Assembly: GCA_027923505.1 (NCBI GenBank)
Contig: BROI01000016.1
Coordinates: forward strand, 558,001 to 622,000
Direction: 5' to 3'
DNA length: 64,000 bases
Origin: Mayamaea pseudoterrestris
Taxonomy: Eukaryota
Part shown: positions 1 to 12,105 of the stretch, one piece after another
How positions within the stretch are numbered: the first letter of the stretch is position 1
How the letters are laid out: every line of letters begins with the position of its first letter
The notes under the pieces: generated by a model
Told to the model about the DNA's origin: nothing
Database searches by the model: none
Seen by the model: only the letters and a program-made list of their open reading frames with translations
Position numbers and translations under genes: made by a program

Positions 1-9
1 TTCGAGGCC

Positions 10-621
10 ATGAACGCCAATGAGCTCGGCGAAACTGCCGACACTACGGACAAGGCGGGTATTGCGGAAACTGCTGCTGCTGGTATTGCTGGTATTGCTG
101 CTGCTGCAGAGGCCAAACCTGCATCTGTTAATGAGTTTACCAACATTGGCGAACGTTTCATGGTAGAGCCAATGAACCTGGCTGCTCCGGCAACTGCCAC
201 TGCTGCTGCTGCACCACCTGCTGCAAGTCAAGCAGATACCGAATTTGTCACGGAGCTAAGAGGCGCAAATGTTTTTCCAAGTCAAGCCACGGGAAGCGGC
301 TCGGAGATTGACATTCCGTCGAGTGGATTCCGGCTAGGAAAAGTGTTGCAAATCTCAAATGTCGATCCGAAAACCAAAATGCTTATTGTTGCCATGAAAC
401 GTATCTTTCGCGGCCAAGTCACTATTAAACGAGAGCATGATTGGAGCGACTGGAGCGTTTCCATTCAGTTTTGGAGCTTTTTGACTCCTCAACTGACTGC
501 CAATGTGAAGAGAGAGCCTGATGGTGGCATTGGAGGTCATTTCAAGCTGGGCCGATTTGGTAGCAAGAAGAAATTGCCGTCTGGCCAGGACGAGAGAAAG
601 TCATTGACGTTGGAAGCATGA
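10..621 (+). CDS. Uncharacterised Ala/Thr-rich protein of a local paralogue family; probably 5'-partial at the window edge
   Basis: C-terminal TKMLIV..VTIKREHDWSDWSVSIQ..VKREPDGG resembles TKLSL..ISFKRERNWSIVVAV..FEREPGG in 2578-3663 and HWSVSIQ in 19342-19875. Confidence 0.6.
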   Translation: MNANELGETADTTDKAGIAETAAAGIAGIAAAAEAKPASVNEFTNIGERFMVEPMNLAAPATATAAAAPPAASQADTEFVTELRGANVFPSQATGSGSEIDIPSSGFRLGKVLQISNVDPKTKMLIVAMKRIFRGQVTIKREHDWSDWSVSIQFWSFLTPQLTANVKREPDGGIGGHFKLGRFGSKKKLPSGQDERKSLTLEA

Positions 622-2577
622 GACGATTTGCATGTACATACAAGAATTATCGCGGCTGCTAGTGGACAAGCCATTCGCTTTGTCATGACGGGACATGAGA
701 GACATGAGAGCCGTAAAGGCATCGATGGACACGGAAACTCAACAAAAACTTCATTTTTGGGCTGTGCAAATATGAGACATAAACATTATATACTTACATA
801 CTATACGTTTCATTCTTGACTACAAAGGTACTTCTTGTATGGGCAATCGCCATTAATGTACTGCTTCGTAATTGCGGAAGACGTTGTCGTTAACAATCTG
901 CAACGCTTCTTCAATCATCTAATCAAATGACGGTTCAGCCAACTGGAATCTCACTTTGATAAGTAGCATATCAAGTATACTGGAGCACGACCAACCAATG
1001 CTCCGTCAGAGAGTGCGGCGTATAAGCTTCTAAACTCCGCCTCGTTTCCGGACTGCTTGCATTCGGCACGTCGGTAAAGCTTGTGACGTGGCTCGCCGCT
1101 GATACATTAACTTCTGTGCGGCACTGTAAATTTGTTTTCCCCGTCAAATGAGCACTTTCCTAAATGAGTCGCTCGACTCTGGTCCTGCACCATCTCTAGT
1201 AGAAGTCTGACAGTGCAAAACGCAGTTCCTCGTCATTAATGAAACGTCGATCCAGACTGCAGATTACTAGTCCTTCACTTTGCATTCTGCATCGTGCGAT
1301 ACTCGCGCATTCGCTCCAAAAAGACTGAATGCGTAGTTACAACCTCTCAATGATCGGAACTTGATTGTGTAGCCACCATGCTCCGACATTTTGTCAACCA
1401 ACTCGTCCAACGTCGCCATATCATCTTTTTCCATCCATTAAAAGCCTCATCGATTGCATTTACACTCGCAGCGGTCTAGTGCCGGTTCTTTGCTGCATTC
1501 TTCAGCTTCGATTGAACAAAACTCTGTCGCGTACTTCAAATATGCTCGCTACAGCGCTTGCTCTCCATGTCTCACCTGGCAACCCAAAATGAGTCTCCAT
1601 TACCTTGTTCCTTTTGCTAAGATATTACCTCTACCCATCTTTGTACTAGCACGGCCCGGTATTGTTATCATGACGCATGAATTTTGTTGCACGCCACGAT
1701 CGCAATCGCTGCTATTATACCTTTTCAGTGTAGCCTTCATGCCAGAGTTACCGTTACTGCAAATGCTATCTGACTTCAGATTGCATGCCTAGTTCTGTCC
1801 ATGTAATTGTAACTACAGGCGATGATATAAAGACTACCGCTATAGAGAAAGACTTGCAAAATGGACGATCTTCGCCATGGTGTGGTCGGCTTGGCGCGGC
1901 GCTGCGACACCAATGTCCTACAAGTCACTGTGCGACTAGTGTACAGTACAGTTCAACGGGTCGTGCGAAAAAGCTTTTCGCCGCGTCTCGGAAGGCAATT
2001 GGAGTATCTGCAAAAGCAGCAACGTCGCCTCTCCTTTACAAAAGTGATGTTTGCACTGGGGCTTGGCGGCCAACTATAAAAAGCTGATAATGCGTTCAAC
2101 TGATTGTCCGAGTTGCACCTTGCACCTAAGATAGGATGAGTTGCTATTATAGTGCCGAACAGATTGCGCAAGCCAATCAGAATCGTGATTCAAACGTACC
2201 AAGCTCGCGCTTCAGCTGCATGACGCACACTCCAGTCTGATGGGCAGTCATCGTTGCGTGAGCAGCGTCGGCTTCGAAGGCTCTCGAAAGACACGAAGAA
2301 GATTCTCTTCGTATCATCCATTGCAGCTGCAGCTTCCATTCGGGCGCAGACCCAGATTCGAAAATGTCGCGCTATACTGTTTGTGACGTTTATTATTTAA
2401 TGAGCATGAAATATATACCTGGTGTCACAAGCTGTTTTTGCGAAACATCTGATCAAGTTGCACGTGCGTCAATCGATTGCGATTCCTGCTCCCAGCCGCG
2501 CCTGGTCGCCTTCATTTTTGTTCGGAAATTCCGAGCTAGCAAAGAAGAATCGAAAAAAGCCAGGAACAAGGCAAAAC

Positions 2578-3663
2578 ATGCTCCTCTTCATTCTCCTCTT
2601 CATTCTTCTCTCCATCTCTCCCTTTGCCACCAGCTTTCAAGGTGCGCCGCACGATCCTTCGTTGGCGTTACAACCGACGACGATCCACGACTCGGCCGTT
2701 TCGCAGAACATGCATGAGGCTCGGGTTGTAAACAACCTTCAGCAGCAGCCATCGGATAGCATTTTCGATGCTTTGGATGTTTCTACCAAAACGTTTTCGG
2801 ATCAGCTATCGAGTGCTCCGGTACTTCAGGCCTTTCCTTTTGCTGGCACGGCGTCCTTGACGCCTTTTCCTGCCGCATTCAATCAAGGATTTTACGACGC
2901 TGCAGCTTTTCCAAATGGCTTTTCTAACAACACTCCATCGGCTGATGCAGCAGCAGAACTCCAACAGTTGCTCCATGAGCATTGCTACTCGTACGTGTTG
3001 AGTCAGTTTCAGATGCAAACCAATCAAGGCCCTTTTCAGGTGACGTCTCCGGTCCCGGAAGCTGCGGCTGTTCCTGCCGCGAAGGAGGAATCTGCCACCA
3101 AGGAAGAGAGCAACCTTGCTCCTGACGCCATTACGTTTAATGCTACCGCACCAAGCTCAGGTGCGAATGAATCCACGACAATCGCAATCCCCGATGACAA
3201 GGCCGGCGAGCGTTCCGTAGATGAACCTGCCGATGACTCCACGAACGTTGAGTCAGTCGAGGCTGTTTCCGAAATTGATTCGATCAAGGAAAATGTTGCT
3301 ACGAACGAGACCGCTTTAGAATCACACATCGAGCCTGGCCGCGATGAAGAAGCTCCTTCCAACAATGAACAAACGAGTGCGATTGTTCCAAAAGTACACA
3401 AGTTTGGATTCTTCGAATGGTCGACCGTCGGCAAAACCACCAAGCTTTCGCTTCCATTGAAGATCATCAACGCCAGTATCTCGTTCAAGAGGGAACGCAA
3501 CTGGAGCATTGTCGTTGCTGTCAAAGGTCTTGTTCATGCCGACGCTTCCTTTGAACGCGAGCCAGGCGGTAGCTTCCGTTTGGTGATTGACTCTGACATT
3601 ATTGAAGGCTCGTTCCGATTGTTTCGATCAAAAAGCAAGGAGCTGCCGTCCATTGCCAACTAG
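2578..3663 (+). CDS. Uncharacterised protein 'A' (hydrophobic N-terminus, acidic middle, conserved beta-rich C-terminus)
   Basis: Long ORF; ATG 2578 begins MLLFILLFILLSISPF; C-terminus shared with 10-621; decayed copy at 10490-11245. Confidence 0.65.
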   Translation: MLLFILLFILLSISPFATSFQGAPHDPSLALQPTTIHDSAVSQNMHEARVVNNLQQQPSDSIFDALDVSTKTFSDQLSSAPVLQAFPFAGTASLTPFPAAFNQGFYDAAAFPNGFSNNTPSADAAAELQQLLHEHCYSYVLSQFQMQTNQGPFQVTSPVPEAAAVPAAKEESATKEESNLAPDAITFNATAPSSGANESTTIAIPDDKAGERSVDEPADDSTNVESVEAVSEIDSIKENVATNETALESHIEPGRDEEAPSNNEQTSAIVPKVHKFGFFEWSTVGKTTKLSLPLKIINASISFKRERNWSIVVAVKGLVHADASFEREPGGSFRLVIDSDIIEGSFRLFRSKSKELPSIAN

Positions 3664-4399
3664 CGGACGGTGCAAGGTCATTTTTTTTGAACACTTTGAA
3701 TATAAAAATGCATGAATGCATACACCCTACAAGACTATTCGCTACCCAACCGAGGGCCAAGGCCATGCCTTGCAGAGCATGACATGAAAAGGAACATTGC
3801 CCCGCCGAGAGCGGACTCCGAATTTTGACAGAAACATTTTTGATTCTAAGCGATGCAGGATCTCTTATATAAAACAACACAACTCTTGAACATGTAGTGT
3901 TGTCATTCATCATTTTGCATTCGCTCGGGTGATGCGCGTCGGCGACTATCTCGCCAGTCGTGTACCGGTGTGATGTTCTCCATCGTGTACCGGTAAGATG
4001 GGAGAGCAGCCAGCGTATTGAAAACTCGCCGGCCGAGCTACCGGTAGGTATCTTTCGTTCGCTAGCGACCGTGAAGTCGAGCTTTCACTAAACTTCCGAT
4101 CGACCCGATCGACCATTGGCAGCAGCATCCACTCTTGCCGTTTATAGCATACATTTGGTCTTTCACATTGATTCATAACACTAGATCTAGTAAGTAAGTC
4201 ACGCGGCAGCTAGCGCTGTGCTTTTTTTGGTCATCAGAGACGTATTGGTTCAGCTGCTGCTCCATTTGGTCGAGTTGCATCCGTTCTTTGTTCCTTCCTC
4301 GTCGGCAGTGGCAGCCGCTCTTTAACGCTCTATTCTCGTACACTTACACATCGCTCTTTATTTCATGCACCAATGCAAAAAAGGATCGACGATCGTCAG

Positions 4400-4492
4400 A
4401 TTCGGAGTTACTACTCTTCTGGCAAGCGCAACTCGTTCTTCATATTCGGAGTCACTACTCTTTTGGCAAGCGCAACTCGTTCTTCACATTCG
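4400..4492 (+). repeat. 44-bp tandem duplication (2 copies) just upstream of the gene B ATG; also at ~12011-12103
   Basis: attcggagtYactactcttYtggcaagcgcaactcgttcttcaY occurs twice. Confidence 0.9.
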
Positions 4493-4494
4493 AA

Positions 4495-5654
4495 ATGAAT
4501 AGTTTAATCATCAAGTATGCACTCATTGCTTGGGTCATTGGCTGTGCCATGCTTTTCCTGGGCCAGCAGCTAAGCCTGCAGCATTCGCTCAAGATTCTCC
4601 TGTGGCTGCAGCCGGATGCAACGCATCAACAGCAATCCCTTGACAATTTTCTCTTGGAGCCAGAGCGAATGAACGTATTGTATGAGCCATCCTCCAGCGA
4701 AAAATATGTGGTGGATCATGCGGAGGAGCTGGGACTGCTCGCCAATACTTGGGAAAATATGACCACTCCGTCGTGTCGCATCTTTACGGATCCTGCTCTG
4801 CCAAACTATAGCAGTCTCCAAAGTTATCGCAAGGAACTTGTTGAGTATACGCAACGCACCGATGATTTTGAAACTGATATCAAAGACCTTCGCATTCCTC
4901 TCAGAGCTGGTGTGAACCGAGAAGAGCTCTGTTCCACTTTGGATTTGAACTTGCCAAGTATTTTCGAAGAATCGCAGCAACTCTCGCATGGCACTTTTGG
5001 ATACGCCGAGCCTTACTACCGCCAATGCGTCATCCGGACCTGTGCTTTGACCCTGAAAAGACGTACAAAGATCTCTTTACAATGACATATATGGTGCATG
5101 ACTGGGAGGTCATGTGCAAACGCTTGACACCGTTTTCGCGAACTGTCTTTATTGACATGGGAGCCTCTCTGGCCTTTTACGATAGTGCCAAGAATTCGCC
5201 AGCAGTCTACATTCTTGATACCTACAAGAAGTTTGGATTTGTCTTTGACCATGTGTATGCTTTTGAAATCACGGGGCAGGCGCCAACGAGTGTGTTTGAA
5301 ATGGTTCCGTCCAACATGCTTTCGCAGTACCATTGGATCAATGTTGGCGTCGAAGCTGATCCGGAAGCCAAGATGAATCCACTGCGCATGCTTTTAGAGC
5401 AGTTTACGGAGGAGGACTTTGTCGTGATTAAGCTTGACATCGACCATAGTGCGATTGAAGTGCCGTTGGCATATCAGCTACTGAATGACGATCGGTATAG
5501 CAAAATGGTGGATCAATTGTATTTTGAGCATCATGTCTTTCAATTGGAACTGTCACCCGCTTGGGCTGAATCCATGCAAGGAAGTATCAAAATGTCAATG
5601 GATCTCTTTGGCGGCTTGAGGAAAAAGGGCATTGCATCGCATTTCTGGATATAA
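4495..5654 (+). pseudogene. Frameshifted copy of FkbM-like methyltransferase-domain gene B
   Basis: Split into ORFs 4288-5085 and 5025-5654; gagccttactaccgccaatg here vs gagccattgcttccaccgatg in the intact copy is a 1-nt deletion near 5012. Confidence 0.8.
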
Positions 5655-6634
5655 AGCATTATAATATAGACCTTTTTATAGATTGTGAAAAACTTGTAAA
5701 GTAAACGAAGAGCTTGTGCTGACTGCCAATTGTAGTTTTGCTTCACCTCGTCCTCGCTTTTGTCGAATACGTAGCACGTCACCGACACGATGCAAGCTTA
5801 GACGATCCATTTGCTTTGTAGAATAGTAAAGCCTCTGCAGTACGTGCGGAATTGATCCAGTGTTACGGTTGCATTGAAAGTCGATACATCGTGTCCGACG
5901 CAGAGCAATGTCAGACGATAAATCAGTGTGTACCGGCTGACTATCCGCTACTGAATATTCATTTTCGTTATAAATGGGCCTCGCCAGACTGGACAGGAGG
6001 GACGCTGTTTGACGATAATCATCGGTGATAACGATGGATCATTATGTTGGCGACGCACTCCATCGTCTTGCTTTGTAAATGCTTCTGCAAAAGACAAATT
6101 GGATCATTAGAATTATGGAAGCTGGTTGATGTGCCCTAGCTGGGAGAGTGTTGGCACGAGTGGCACCTTTTTGAACGAACATTACTTAGATTCCATAGAT
6201 CCGTTCGACTCAAGTAATTAAGAAACATTTCTCTGTTGAGAGAACCGTTGCGCGCAGGGCGACTCCGTTCATGCGCGAAACCCAAATTTTGTCCCTGACG
6301 TGGTGAATGCAAAGTATCAATCAAGCACAAGTTCCTGAATAGCTGTTTTCGACACGGATGGACAGAGTGAACTTTCGCAAAGGTGAGCACAATGGCATCA
6401 TTGACGAGCAGCTTGCACCTTGTTTTGTCCACCTTTTGGACGACGACGTGCCACTTGACGCGACAAGCTTGACACGACGAGCGAAAGCGCATCTTTGGGA
6501 AGAGGCAGGCACGTGCGTATGTCCGTTTTTGGATCCGTTTTTGGATCCGTTTCTGTATCCGGTGTCGTCGCCACTCACAAAATCCGTCGTGGCCGAGATC
6601 TTTGAAGCACTACAGTTATAAAAAGTACGCAACC

Positions 6635-8464
6635 ATGATGATCAAACTTGCTACTCTCTTGATTTGCCTTGCGAGTCCAGTGCTTGCTGTCCAGATTGAT
6701 TCGAACAAGGATGACCATCAGCAGCAGCAAGGACTAATGATGAGCAAGCCGACCGGCATGCGCAAGTTCGACGCGATCCGTCGTAGCTTCAATCGTTTCT
6801 TTGAGAAGAATCTCATTGCAACTATTGAGGAAGCTCAAGTTAGTATCATGGCCAATGCAAAAATCAAAGGCTCCACTGCCAGCAACAAGGCACCTTCAAG
6901 ACAGGAAGAGACGAAACAAGCCGATCCGATCATCTTGCCGAAGAAAGATCCGATGACATCGATGACAGACGGCAAAGAAACTGCCGAGGAGCTGTACGAG
7001 AAGAACTTTCACTCTGTTGTTGAAACTGCAGCAAGTCAATACGGCGAGAAACAAGTAATGAACTCGTTGGGTCAGCCTACTGACGGCGACTCTAGCGACA
7101 AGGAGGAACCCACGGCCAAACGCGCACCCTACTCGACGCCCGTCGAGGACAGCAAAACTAAAGAGAGGAGCCTTCTCGAGCCAGCTCTAGATATTCCTAC
7201 GCACGCGCCTTCTCTGGTACAAAATGAGTTTAGGCGTCCGATTAATGATTTTGTTTCGGTGCCACCTTCAAACTCTCCAACGACTCTTCCGACACCAGGT
7301 GAGCCTATGCATCCCAGCCTACGTCCGAACAACACCGTGCTTTCCCCGCAAGCAGCTTCGTCTTCAACCACAACAGCTGATCCATTTGGACGCTCAAGCC
7401 CATTCAAAGCAGTTGGACCAACCTTTGCTCCAACGAGCGACAATCCTCGCAACAACGTTCGCTCCAGAGCGCCAGCTCCACTACATGCGTCCAAAAAAGG
7501 AAGTAAAGGCTTGTTTGCCCCTGCTAGACGGCCGGTTCCACTTTTGGAGGAAACACAAGAACCAACATCGGCACCAGCGAGCGACTTGCGTCCACACAGT
7601 GACTTTCTTTCCCCGCTACCTTCGCAAGCTCCGTCGCTCGCATCTCGCAAAGGAAGTAAAGGCTTGTTTGCTCCGGTTCGGCGACCAAGCCCACTCTTGT
7701 GGGAATCGGAAGAACCAACATCGGCGCCAGCAAGCGACTTGCGTCCACACAGTGATATTTATTCGCCTCAACCCTCAATCGCTCCGTCAATGGCGTCTGC
7801 GAAAGGAAGTAAAGGATTGCTCGCTCCGATGAGGCGTCCGAGCCCACTCTTGTGGGAATCGGAAGAACCAACTTCTGCGCCAACAAATGACTTGCGGCCA
7901 CACAGTGACATGCATTTACCGCCTTTGCAAGCTCCACCACTCGCGTCTGCGAAAACAAGTAAACGAGTGCGCGCCCCGTTTAGGCGTCCAAGCCCATTGC
8001 TTTGGGAATCGCAAGAGCCAACTTCTGCGCCAACAAATGACTTGCGGCCACACAGTGACATGCTTGCACCACCCTCGCAAGCTCCCAGTGCAGCTTCCAC
8101 AGGCGTCACCGATAGAAATGAAGCCGATCCTAGCGTCCCAAGCCCTTTTGGACCGGTTGGTCCGAATGTTCCACTGCCTTCACAAGGTAAATCACCGGCT
8201 CATCAGTATCAACCAAGTCGATCTACAACAGCAGATCCAACATCAATGAGTCAAGCTTTCAGTTCAGCTCAAACCGATGAACGGAAGCAGAATGCGCCAA
8301 TCCATTATCCTACACTGGATCCGAGCGCGCCACTACCTGCGTCCGAGGACATCGCCAAGCCCTCAACACTACTTACTGGAATGCCACCTACTCCAACGTC
8401 CAAGGAAGTACCTCGGCCAGAATCCGCGAAGCCAAAAAAGGACGCGGCGCGAGTTGAGTTTTGA
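6635..8464 (+). CDS. Secreted Pro/Ser/Thr-rich repeat protein 'C' with four ~51-aa repeats carrying KGSK/KTSK
   Basis: Signal-peptide-like MMIKLATLLICLASPVLA; repeat period 153/153/150 bp (7501, 7654, 7807, 7957); intact in both duplicate copies. Confidence 0.85.
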   Translation: MMIKLATLLICLASPVLAVQIDSNKDDHQQQQGLMMSKPTGMRKFDAIRRSFNRFFEKNLIATIEEAQVSIMANAKIKGSTASNKAPSRQEETKQADPIILPKKDPMTSMTDGKETAEELYEKNFHSVVETAASQYGEKQVMNSLGQPTDGDSSDKEEPTAKRAPYSTPVEDSKTKERSLLEPALDIPTHAPSLVQNEFRRPINDFVSVPPSNSPTTLPTPGEPMHPSLRPNNTVLSPQAASSSTTTADPFGRSSPFKAVGPTFAPTSDNPRNNVRSRAPAPLHASKKGSKGLFAPARRPVPLLEETQEPTSAPASDLRPHSDFLSPLPSQAPSLASRKGSKGLFAPVRRPSPLLWESEEPTSAPASDLRPHSDIYSPQPSIAPSMASAKGSKGLLAPMRRPSPLLWESEEPTSAPTNDLRPHSDMHLPPLQAPPLASAKTSKRVRAPFRRPSPLLWESQEPTSAPTNDLRPHSDMLAPPSQAPSAASTGVTDRNEADPSVPSPFGPVGPNVPLPSQGKSPAHQYQPSRSTTADPTSMSQAFSSAQTDERKQNAPIHYPTLDPSAPLPASEDIAKPSTLLTGMPPTPTSKEVPRPESAKPKKDAARVEF

Positions 8465-8880
8465 GTTTAGCAGCTATATGTGACGTTGCATAAGGCATGG
8501 TTACGTTAATCATGTTTGCAAATAGATCGCAAAACAATAGAATACAGAGAGTTTAGAGCTAATCAATGCATTATTTTTGCTTCATAATAAACTATCGTAT
8601 GCTCCATCGCGTGCGTAGGTATTTCTTTTACGTAAATTACGTGCTTCGGATAATCCGTTCTACTATTCGCCTCAGTAGCGCTTCGTGGAAAGGCGCAACT
8701 CCTGAAAGTCAAACCGCCAGCCACAATCAAATGCGCTGCAATAGGAAAGGGCGGGTGGCCCAATCGTATCAGCGCGACAACGAAAGTCGTATCTATTCAA
8801 CCATCTGCTAATGGCCCGCACCTTTCTCGACGAGGCGAAGAGTGAATCAACAATTAAACTAAATGCTTTACAGAGTCCTT

Positions 8881-10479
8881 CTACTCATCCTCGCCATCCC
8901 AAAAAAGGTACCTGCGCAAGGTTCCATCTGGGTGGAAGTCGGTAAAAAATCCATCCACAAACTCATCATCCGCGAATGTTCCTTCGCGACAAGTGCCGTC
9001 GCACAATTTGAGTTTGCCTGCTCCGTGGAAGTTGCCATCTTTAAACTCGCCTTCATAACAATTGCCGTTGCTCCAAATATATTTGCCCTGCCCCTCGAAT
9101 TTGCCGTTCAAAAAGCTGCCCTCGTACGAATTGCCGTCAATCCATGTAACTTTGCCGTAGCCATAAAGGAACTTGTCTTCTTTAAACTCGCCTTTGTACC
9201 AATCACCGTCGCTCATTGAAACTTTTCCTTGTCCCTCGTATTTGTCATTCAATAAATTGCCCTCGTACAAGCTGCCGTCTACATATGTAAGTTTACCAAA
9301 TCCATTTTGAAACTTGCCTTCTTTAAACTCGCCTTTGCACCAATCGCCGTTGCTCAATGTGAGTTTTCCTTGCCCATTAAATTCGCCATTTACAAAGTTG
9401 CCCTTGTACCCATTGCCGTCACACATCGACTCGCCGTAGCCATGTGGCTTATCTTGTCGAAACGTTCCTTCATACCACTGACTGCTGCTCCAGGTAAATT
9501 TTCCTTGCCCATCATACATGCCATTCACAAAGCTGCCCTTGTAACAAGCGCCATTGGTCAAAGTCAATTCACCATTGCCGTGAAACTCCCCGTCTTTTAT
9601 TTCTCCGTTGTAAACAGTTTTACCATCGGAGTCGACATAATGTAAAAGGCCTTCACTCATCTTGTCGTACTCCCAAATTCCTTTATACCCACTGCTGCCG
9701 TTGTCCTTTAACTGTTCGCCGTAGCCATGAGCAAATCCATTGCAATAATTTCCCTGGTAAATAGTTCTGCCATCGGAATATTTAAAGCAGCCCTGACCGT
9801 GCATCAGTCCATTGCGAAAGGTACCCTTGTATGATGATCCATCCTCGTATCGTTGTTCACCTTTCATTATTTGACCGTTGTTTATCTCGCCGATTGAGAT
9901 GCGCCGCATGTCATCCTCCAAGTCTTTCATCTCGTCCACCACTTGATCGTCCTTGGGTTTGCTGCCGTCTTCATTTTGGCAATCCATACCCGGCGGCCCT
10001 CCCTTGGGGACAAATTTACCTATTTTGATCCAATCTTCCAAGCAATACTTATCAAGAAAGCTCTCCAGCTTCCACTGGTCTACAGAGGCTTGAGTCCGCT
10101 CGTACTTGAATATCCTTTTTGCAACCCCAAGCACAAACGGTCTAAGCTGTGGACTCAGCTTTTCAATTTGTTGAGTATTCATACGAGATGTCATCTGCTT
10201 TACCAAATGATTGATCTGTTGTAGCTTGTCGAGCATCGCTCTTCTCGTGCTGTCGCTATGTCTCCACGAACCCTTGATCAGCTCGCGGCGATCGGACACA
10301 TCCAACAGGATCCACCAGAGAACTATGCACTTGCTAAACAAGGAGCGATCTGGGCCGATGAACTTGTATAGATTCGATGGAATCGACAGAATAGACTTTT
10401 CGCCTCGGTCAACCTTTTCAAACTCCTTCTTCAACTCTTCGTCTTCCAGTGCAAATATACCAGCGTCACTCACGGACAT
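8881..10479 (-). CDS. MORN-repeat protein, 5'-truncated by the duplication junction (open from internal ATG 10479)
   Basis: Many YxGxFxxGxxxGxG repeats; near-identical to 16870-18280; sequence beyond ~10488 derives from gene A. Confidence 0.75.
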   Translation of the reverse strand: MSVSDAGIFALEDEELKKEFEKVDRGEKSILSIPSNLYKFIGPDRSLFSKCIVLWWILLDVSDRRELIKGSWRHSDSTRRAMLDKLQQINHLVKQMTSRMNTQQIEKLSPQLRPFVLGVAKRIFKYERTQASVDQWKLESFLDKYCLEDWIKIGKFVPKGGPPGMDCQNEDGSKPKDDQVVDEMKDLEDDMRRISIGEINNGQIMKGEQRYEDGSSYKGTFRNGLMHGQGCFKYSDGRTIYQGNYCNGFAHGYGEQLKDNGSSGYKGIWEYDKMSEGLLHYVDSDGKTVYNGEIKDGEFHGNGELTLTNGACYKGSFVNGMYDGQGKFTWSSSQWYEGTFRQDKPHGYGESMCDGNGYKGNFVNGEFNGQGKLTLSNGDWCKGEFKEGKFQNGFGKLTYVDGSLYEGNLLNDKYEGQGKVSMSDGDWYKGEFKEDKFLYGYGKVTWIDGNSYEGSFLNGKFEGQGKYIWSNGNCYEGEFKDGNFHGAGKLKLCDGTCREGTFADDEFVDGFFTDFHPDGTLRRYLFWDGEDE

Positions 10480-10489
10480 ACTAGCGCGG

Positions 10490-11245
10490 CGCTGCAGCCT
10501 TTCAAATGGCTTCCAACACTCCAGCGGCTGGTGCAGCACAGAACTCCAACTTGCTCCACGAGCATTGCTGCTCGTACGTGTTGAGTCAGTTTCAAACTTT
10601 AGGCAATCGAGGCCCTTTTCGGTGACGTCTCCGGTCCCTGGGGCTGTTCCTGTCGCCGAGGAGGAATCAACTGCTACCAGGACGAAAGCAACCTTGCTCC
10701 TGACGCCATTGCTGTAAATGCTACTGCCTCAAGACCAGGTGCCGAATGGGTCACGACAATCGCCAAGCTCGACGACAAGGCCGGCGGGCATTCCCGTGAG
10801 ATGAACCTGCCGATGACTCCACGAACGTCGAGTCGGTCGGGGCTGTTTCCGAAGTTGATTCACTCATAGAAGATACTGCTGCGGGAACGAAACCGCTTAG
10901 AATCATTGAAGGAGCCCGCCGCGACGAAGAAGCTCCTTCAAACAATGAACCAACGAGTGCGATTGTTCCCAAAAGTGCCTCGAGTTTGGGTTCTTCGAAT
11001 GGGCGACCGTCGGCAAAACGACCAGACTTTCGCTTCGATTGAAGATCATCAACGCCAGTATTTCTTTCAAGCGGGAACGCAACTGGAGCATTGTCGTCGC
11101 TGTCAAGGGTCTTGTACATGCCGACGCTTCCTTTGAGCGCGAGCCAGGCGGTAGCTACAGTTTGGTGATTGACTCGGACATTATTGAAGGCTCGTTCCGA
11201 TTGTTTCGTTCTAGAAGCAAGGAGCTGCCGTCCATTGCCAACTAA
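10490..11245 (+). pseudogene. 5'-truncated, frameshifted copy of gene A
   Basis: Aligns with ~2898-3663 with several indels; only the C-terminal ORF 11039-11245 remains open. Confidence 0.85.
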
Positions 11246-12105
11246 CGGACGGTGCAAGGTCAGTCTTTTTGAACACTTTGAATATTTTAATGCATGAATG
11301 TATACAACCTACAAGACTATATTCGCTACCCAACCGAGGGCCAAGGACATGCCTTGCAGAGCATGTCATGAACAAGAACATTGCCCCGCCTATAGCGGAC
11401 TCCAAATTTTGACAGGAACATTTTTGATTCTAAGCGATGCAGGATCTCATTCATATAAAAACAACACACAACTCTTGTACATGTAGTGTTGTCATTCATC
11501 ATTTTGCGTTCGTTCGGGTGATGCGCGTCGGCGACTATCTCGCCAGTTGTGTACCGGTGTGATGTTTTCCATCGTGTATCGGGAAGATGAGAGAGCACCC
11601 AGCGTATTGAAAAGTCGCCGGCCGAGCTATGTAGGTATCTTTGTTGTCCGTTCATTTCGCTGTTTCGTTCGGCGACCGTGAAGGCGAGCTTTTCACCTAA
11701 CTTCCGATCGACCCGATCGACCATTGGCAACAGCATCCATTCTTGCCGTTTTAGCATACAATTGGTCTTTAACATTGATTCAAAACGCTACGTAGATCCA
11801 TTAAGTAAGTCAAGCGGCAGCTAGCGCTGTGCTTTTTTTGGTCATCAGAGACGTATTGGTTCAGCTGCTGCTCCATTTGGTCGAGTTGCATCCGTTCTTT
11901 GTTCCTTCCTCGTCGGCAGTGGCAGCCGCTCTTTAACGCTCTATTCTCGTACACTTACACATCGCTCTTTATCTTATACACCAATGCAAAAAAGGAACGA
12001 CGATCGTCAGATTCGGAGTTACTACTCTTCTGGCAAGCGCAACTCGTTCTTCACATTCGGAGTCACTACTCTTTTGGCAAGCGCAACTCGTTCTTCACAT
12101 TCGGA

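Noticed and set aside
820..2400. Possible genes or ncRNA in the long intergenic stretch
   Set aside because: Only short overlapping ORFs; no tRNA/rRNA or repeat structure recognised.
6136..6632. Short ORFs upstream of gene C (also 13930-14355)
   Set aside because: Frames differ between the duplicates through indels; no recognisable domain.
10480..10539. N-terminal 20 aa of the 552-aa MORN ORF
   Set aside because: Non-ATG start; mostly antisense gene-A sequence across the duplication junction.
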